DNA of 64,000 nt from Planctomycetota bacterium (GTDB lineage: Bacteria > Planctomycetota > Phycisphaerae > WQYP01). The stretch covers positions 33,404 through 97,403 of the forward strand of contig JAKAEZ010000006.1 of NCBI GenBank assembly GCA_021819825.1, in the 5' to 3' direction. Of the stretch, positions 61,437 through 64,000 are shown piece by piece. The position numbers and the translations under genes were made by a program. The notes beneath the pieces are model-generated. The model saw only the letters and a program-made list of their open reading frames with translations, was not told where the DNA came from and ran no database searches. The stretch's first letter is position 1. The number at the start of each line of letters is the position of its first letter.

Positions 61437-62933
61437 CTATTGGCTGGCGGCCCATAGTGTTAATGCGGCCCCGGTTGCGGCGGCGATCAAAATCCCCAGG
61501 CGCATTAACCAAATGCGGCGGGCGAATTGCTTTTGCCTATTCGGCGATTCGGCCAGTGCGGCCAGCAGGTCCACCCGGTTTTGCGTGCTCGGATGCATCC
61601 ATCCCGCGCGATCGCGCGGCCGATTGGCGATACCCACCAACATTGTCAGGCTTTCAGAAAAAATTCTTGCTCCGGCCTGATATGGCGTTTCCTGCGTGAT
61701 CATGGCAAGTTCATCCGTGCGCGGCGGATCAACGACGGTGTCCTCGGGAGGTAGGTATTCCGCCGCAGATGCCACCGGCACCTGCACGGTGGCTCCGACG
61801 CGATCGGCAATATGCCGGGCGGCAAACCAGTCCGCCTGGTGTTCGCATAATCGGCTTACCTGCGAAAAACCGAAGAGCAGCAGCAGTCCCACAATTGAAA
61901 AATTCAGCAGCATGGCGGCGTTATCGCTTAATGACCAGTAATTTCCCGCCCAGAGAGATATTCCCGTGCCCAATAGATCGGCGGCGGTAAAGGTCAGCAG
62001 GTACCACCAGATATGCCGATGGTATCCATGCCCTACTTCATGGGCAAAGACGGCTTCCACCTGTTGCGGTTCCAGACGTTCCAGAAGCAGGTCCGTAAGC
62101 AGAAAATACCGGCACCAGGGCAGCAATCCCAGGATCGCCGCGTTGGGAATGCGGTAATAGGTGTTCCATATTCGTATATCCATGAATCCAACTTTTTTAC
62201 GGCGGGATAAATCTTCCAGGCGTGTGCGCAGTGGTCCGGATGGAAGCCGGGTGGTGCGCCAATAACGCACGATGATCGCCGGCAAAACCAGAAATAGAAT
62301 CATCGCGGGCAGCAATGACGCGATTTCCGACCAATTCCCCAGATTCAGATGTTCCAATAGCGCGGTAAATGGAATCGTCAGCAGATCAAACCCCAACAGC
62401 ACCACCAGCAAGGACATGCCATGGCGGAATTGCATGTTGACGTATTGCATGCGGGATGGAAGGGCGTGCGTTGGTAGATCGTCATCCGGTTGGGAAAGTT
62501 CCCCGAGGTTGTGAATCCGCACTTCCAGCGGATATTCCAGATACCATATCATCAGCCATGTCACCACCGGAGCGATCAGCCAGATCACGGATGACAGCAT
62601 CGGAATATGGTGCGCATTCCAATGGTACTTAACCAGGTAGCCGAACCCGAATAACCACAAATCCGCAGCCAGCAACATGATGTTAAATGCGGTCAGACGG
62701 CGGAGCGTTTTTTGAATTGCGCCGGCGGCCTCAAAAGTTGAGGTACGGCCGTTACCCAGTTGCTGATCCAGGCTCGCAAAGCGCCGCCGGCCCCGAAGCA
62801 GCAATGCGCCGTGCGCCAGAATCACCAGCAGAACGATCATGAACGGGGAAAGATGAATTGGCGGGCGCTGGGGAGCAGCATTAAATGCGGCGACCATCAA
62901 GAGAAGAATAATAACCTGCAACGGAGCAATCAT
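61437..62933 (-). CDS. M48 (Ste24/HtpX-like) membrane zinc metalloprotease
   Basis: PNAA, HEVGH, EHQADWFAA and HPS motifs, with multiple TM segments. Confidence 0.9.
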   Translation of the reverse strand: MIAPLQVIILLLMVAAFNAAPQRPPIHLSPFMIVLLVILAHGALLLRGRRRFASLDQQLGNGRTSTFEAAGAIQKTLRRLTAFNIMLLAADLWLFGFGYLVKYHWNAHHIPMLSSVIWLIAPVVTWLMIWYLEYPLEVRIHNLGELSQPDDDLPTHALPSRMQYVNMQFRHGMSLLVVLLGFDLLTIPFTALLEHLNLGNWSEIASLLPAMILFLVLPAIIVRYWRTTRLPSGPLRTRLEDLSRRKKVGFMDIRIWNTYYRIPNAAILGLLPWCRYFLLTDLLLERLEPQQVEAVFAHEVGHGYHRHIWWYLLTFTAADLLGTGISLWAGNYWSLSDNAAMLLNFSIVGLLLLFGFSQVSRLCEHQADWFAARHIADRVGATVQVPVASAAEYLPPEDTVVDPPRTDELAMITQETPYQAGARIFSESLTMLVGIANRPRDRAGWMHPSTQNRVDLLAALAESPNRQKQFARRIWLMRLGILIAAATGAALTLWAASQ

Positions 62934-62975
62934 TATTTCATATTACCCGAATTCGATTGCCGAAGTAAAAACCGT

Positions 62976-64000
62976 TTAATAACTCATGCGGACGAACAAC
63001 CCCAGAATGGTCGCGTCACTGTGAGTCCCGGCGGGCTGTGAATATCGTGATCCCGCAAAAATGCTATTGATCACCGCTCCAACTTCATAATGGCCGCGGT
63101 CCGCGGGGATATGAAATATTCCGTTGAGCGGATAGGTCAGGATCGTGCCGACAAACGTGCCCAGATAGCCGTCACGATAGCTTCGCAGGTTGACATCCAG
63201 ACGCTTTTCATCATGGATAAATGATACGCTCAACGGCGAATAAATAGTCAGGCCACCGGTATGCGGAACCACGAAAATCGGATTCATTCCGATTTCAAAG
63301 TATTGCCCGGCCCCGCTGGTGTAGTAAGCTCCATCATAATCAAAGCCCACAAGCACAAACGGATGAAACGCGAATTGACCAAAATAACGATCATCATTGA
63401 AACTCAGGCGGATGTATGCCTCCTGGCTGTCGGCCTGCCCGTGGCTGATGATCGTGTTAGCCAGCGGATCACCGGACGGCACAAAATACTGGTTTATGGG
63501 GGTAATATAATTGGTGTACCCGGCATCAAAGCGAAAAATATCCATGATGTCGTATTGATAACCAATGGTAATATCGGCTTCTGTAAAATTGCTGGAGGGA
63601 ACATATCCGACGTTGCCGCCCGCCACAGGTCTGCCGGCAATTCCCCGGGATAGTGCATTGATGTATGGATTGCGAATATCGTAAGAATAATCTTCAAATG
63701 TCCGCAGGTAGACTGATCCCCATTTTTTTAAGCTTAAACTGATTTGTGTGACATTTTGCAGATTGGGGCGGTTGGGCGCTACGTCATGATAGCGAAACCA
63801 GTAATCATTGAAGTACCCGAACAGTGTAGTAATGCGCCACGCCTGCTTGTGCACGTGATAGGCCGCTAGAGATGGGATCATGGTGCCTGTTTCTTCCGCG
63901 TTGGCGGGATTGTCCGCACCGAAGCTGGGCGTCGGCAAGGGCATAATGCCGTTATCAACGCCTGCGGCCATAGCCGGTCCGGCGGCCAAACCAGCCGTGA
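62976..64000 (-). CDS. Putative outer-membrane beta-barrel protein (5' end outside the window)
   Basis: Alternating aromatic beta-strands, NDYWFR and EADITIGY, and C-terminal LFVRMSY ending in an aromatic residue. Confidence 0.6.
   Translation of the reverse strand, partial: TAGLAAGPAMAAGVDNGIMPLPTPSFGADNPANAEETGTMIPSLAAYHVHKQAWRITTLFGYFNDYWFRYHDVAPNRPNLQNVTQISLSLKKWGSVYLRTFEDYSYDIRNPYINALSRGIAGRPVAGGNVGYVPSSNFTEADITIGYQYDIMDIFRFDAGYTNYITPINQYFVPSGDPLANTIISHGQADSQEAYIRLSFNDDRYFGQFAFHPFVLVGFDYDGAYYTSGAGQYFEIGMNPIFVVPHTGGLTIYSPLSVSFIHDEKRLDVNLRSYRDGYLGTFVGTILTYPLNGIFHIPADRGHYEVGAVINSIFAGSRYSQPAGTHSDATILGLFVRMSY

Overview
A 64-kb, GC-rich bacterial chromosomal window. Gene content (lpxB, hpnN/hpnO-like genes, a membrane-anchored BRCT protein, a PEP-CTERM-like tail) suggests a Planctomycetota/Phycisphaerae-like diderm; this is inference only. 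From left to right: the end of a VapBC-type toxin-antitoxin pair; panB-lpxB; a six-gene glycan synthesis/acylation/export operon; a possible integron-cassette gene followed by a 1.2-kb repeat-rich spacer; and a ~12.5-kb defence island. The island holds a PLD-SNF2 helicase, a YhcG nuclease and an Eco57I-like methyltransferase with an in-frame REP insertion, then a tightly coupled four-gene operon (winged-helix-like protein, AAA+ ATPase, PIN nuclease, amino-methyltransferase). That operon matches no system I can name and is the best candidate for an undescribed system. It is followed by csoR-copA with a clear operator, a phosphoesterase-MFS pair and an NHL propeller protein. Next is a 12-kb urease/urea-ABC block with eukaryote-like urease proteins, a sigma54 promoter and 110-bp flanking direct repeats. 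The right end has a GH44 hydrolase, the BRCT protein and trpA, queCEF, a GGDEF-EAL protein, hpnN-hpnO, an M48 peptidase and a partial outer-membrane beta-barrel. No rRNA, tRNA, CRISPR array, integrase or transposase was recognised. All calls come from reading motifs by eye; no searches were run.
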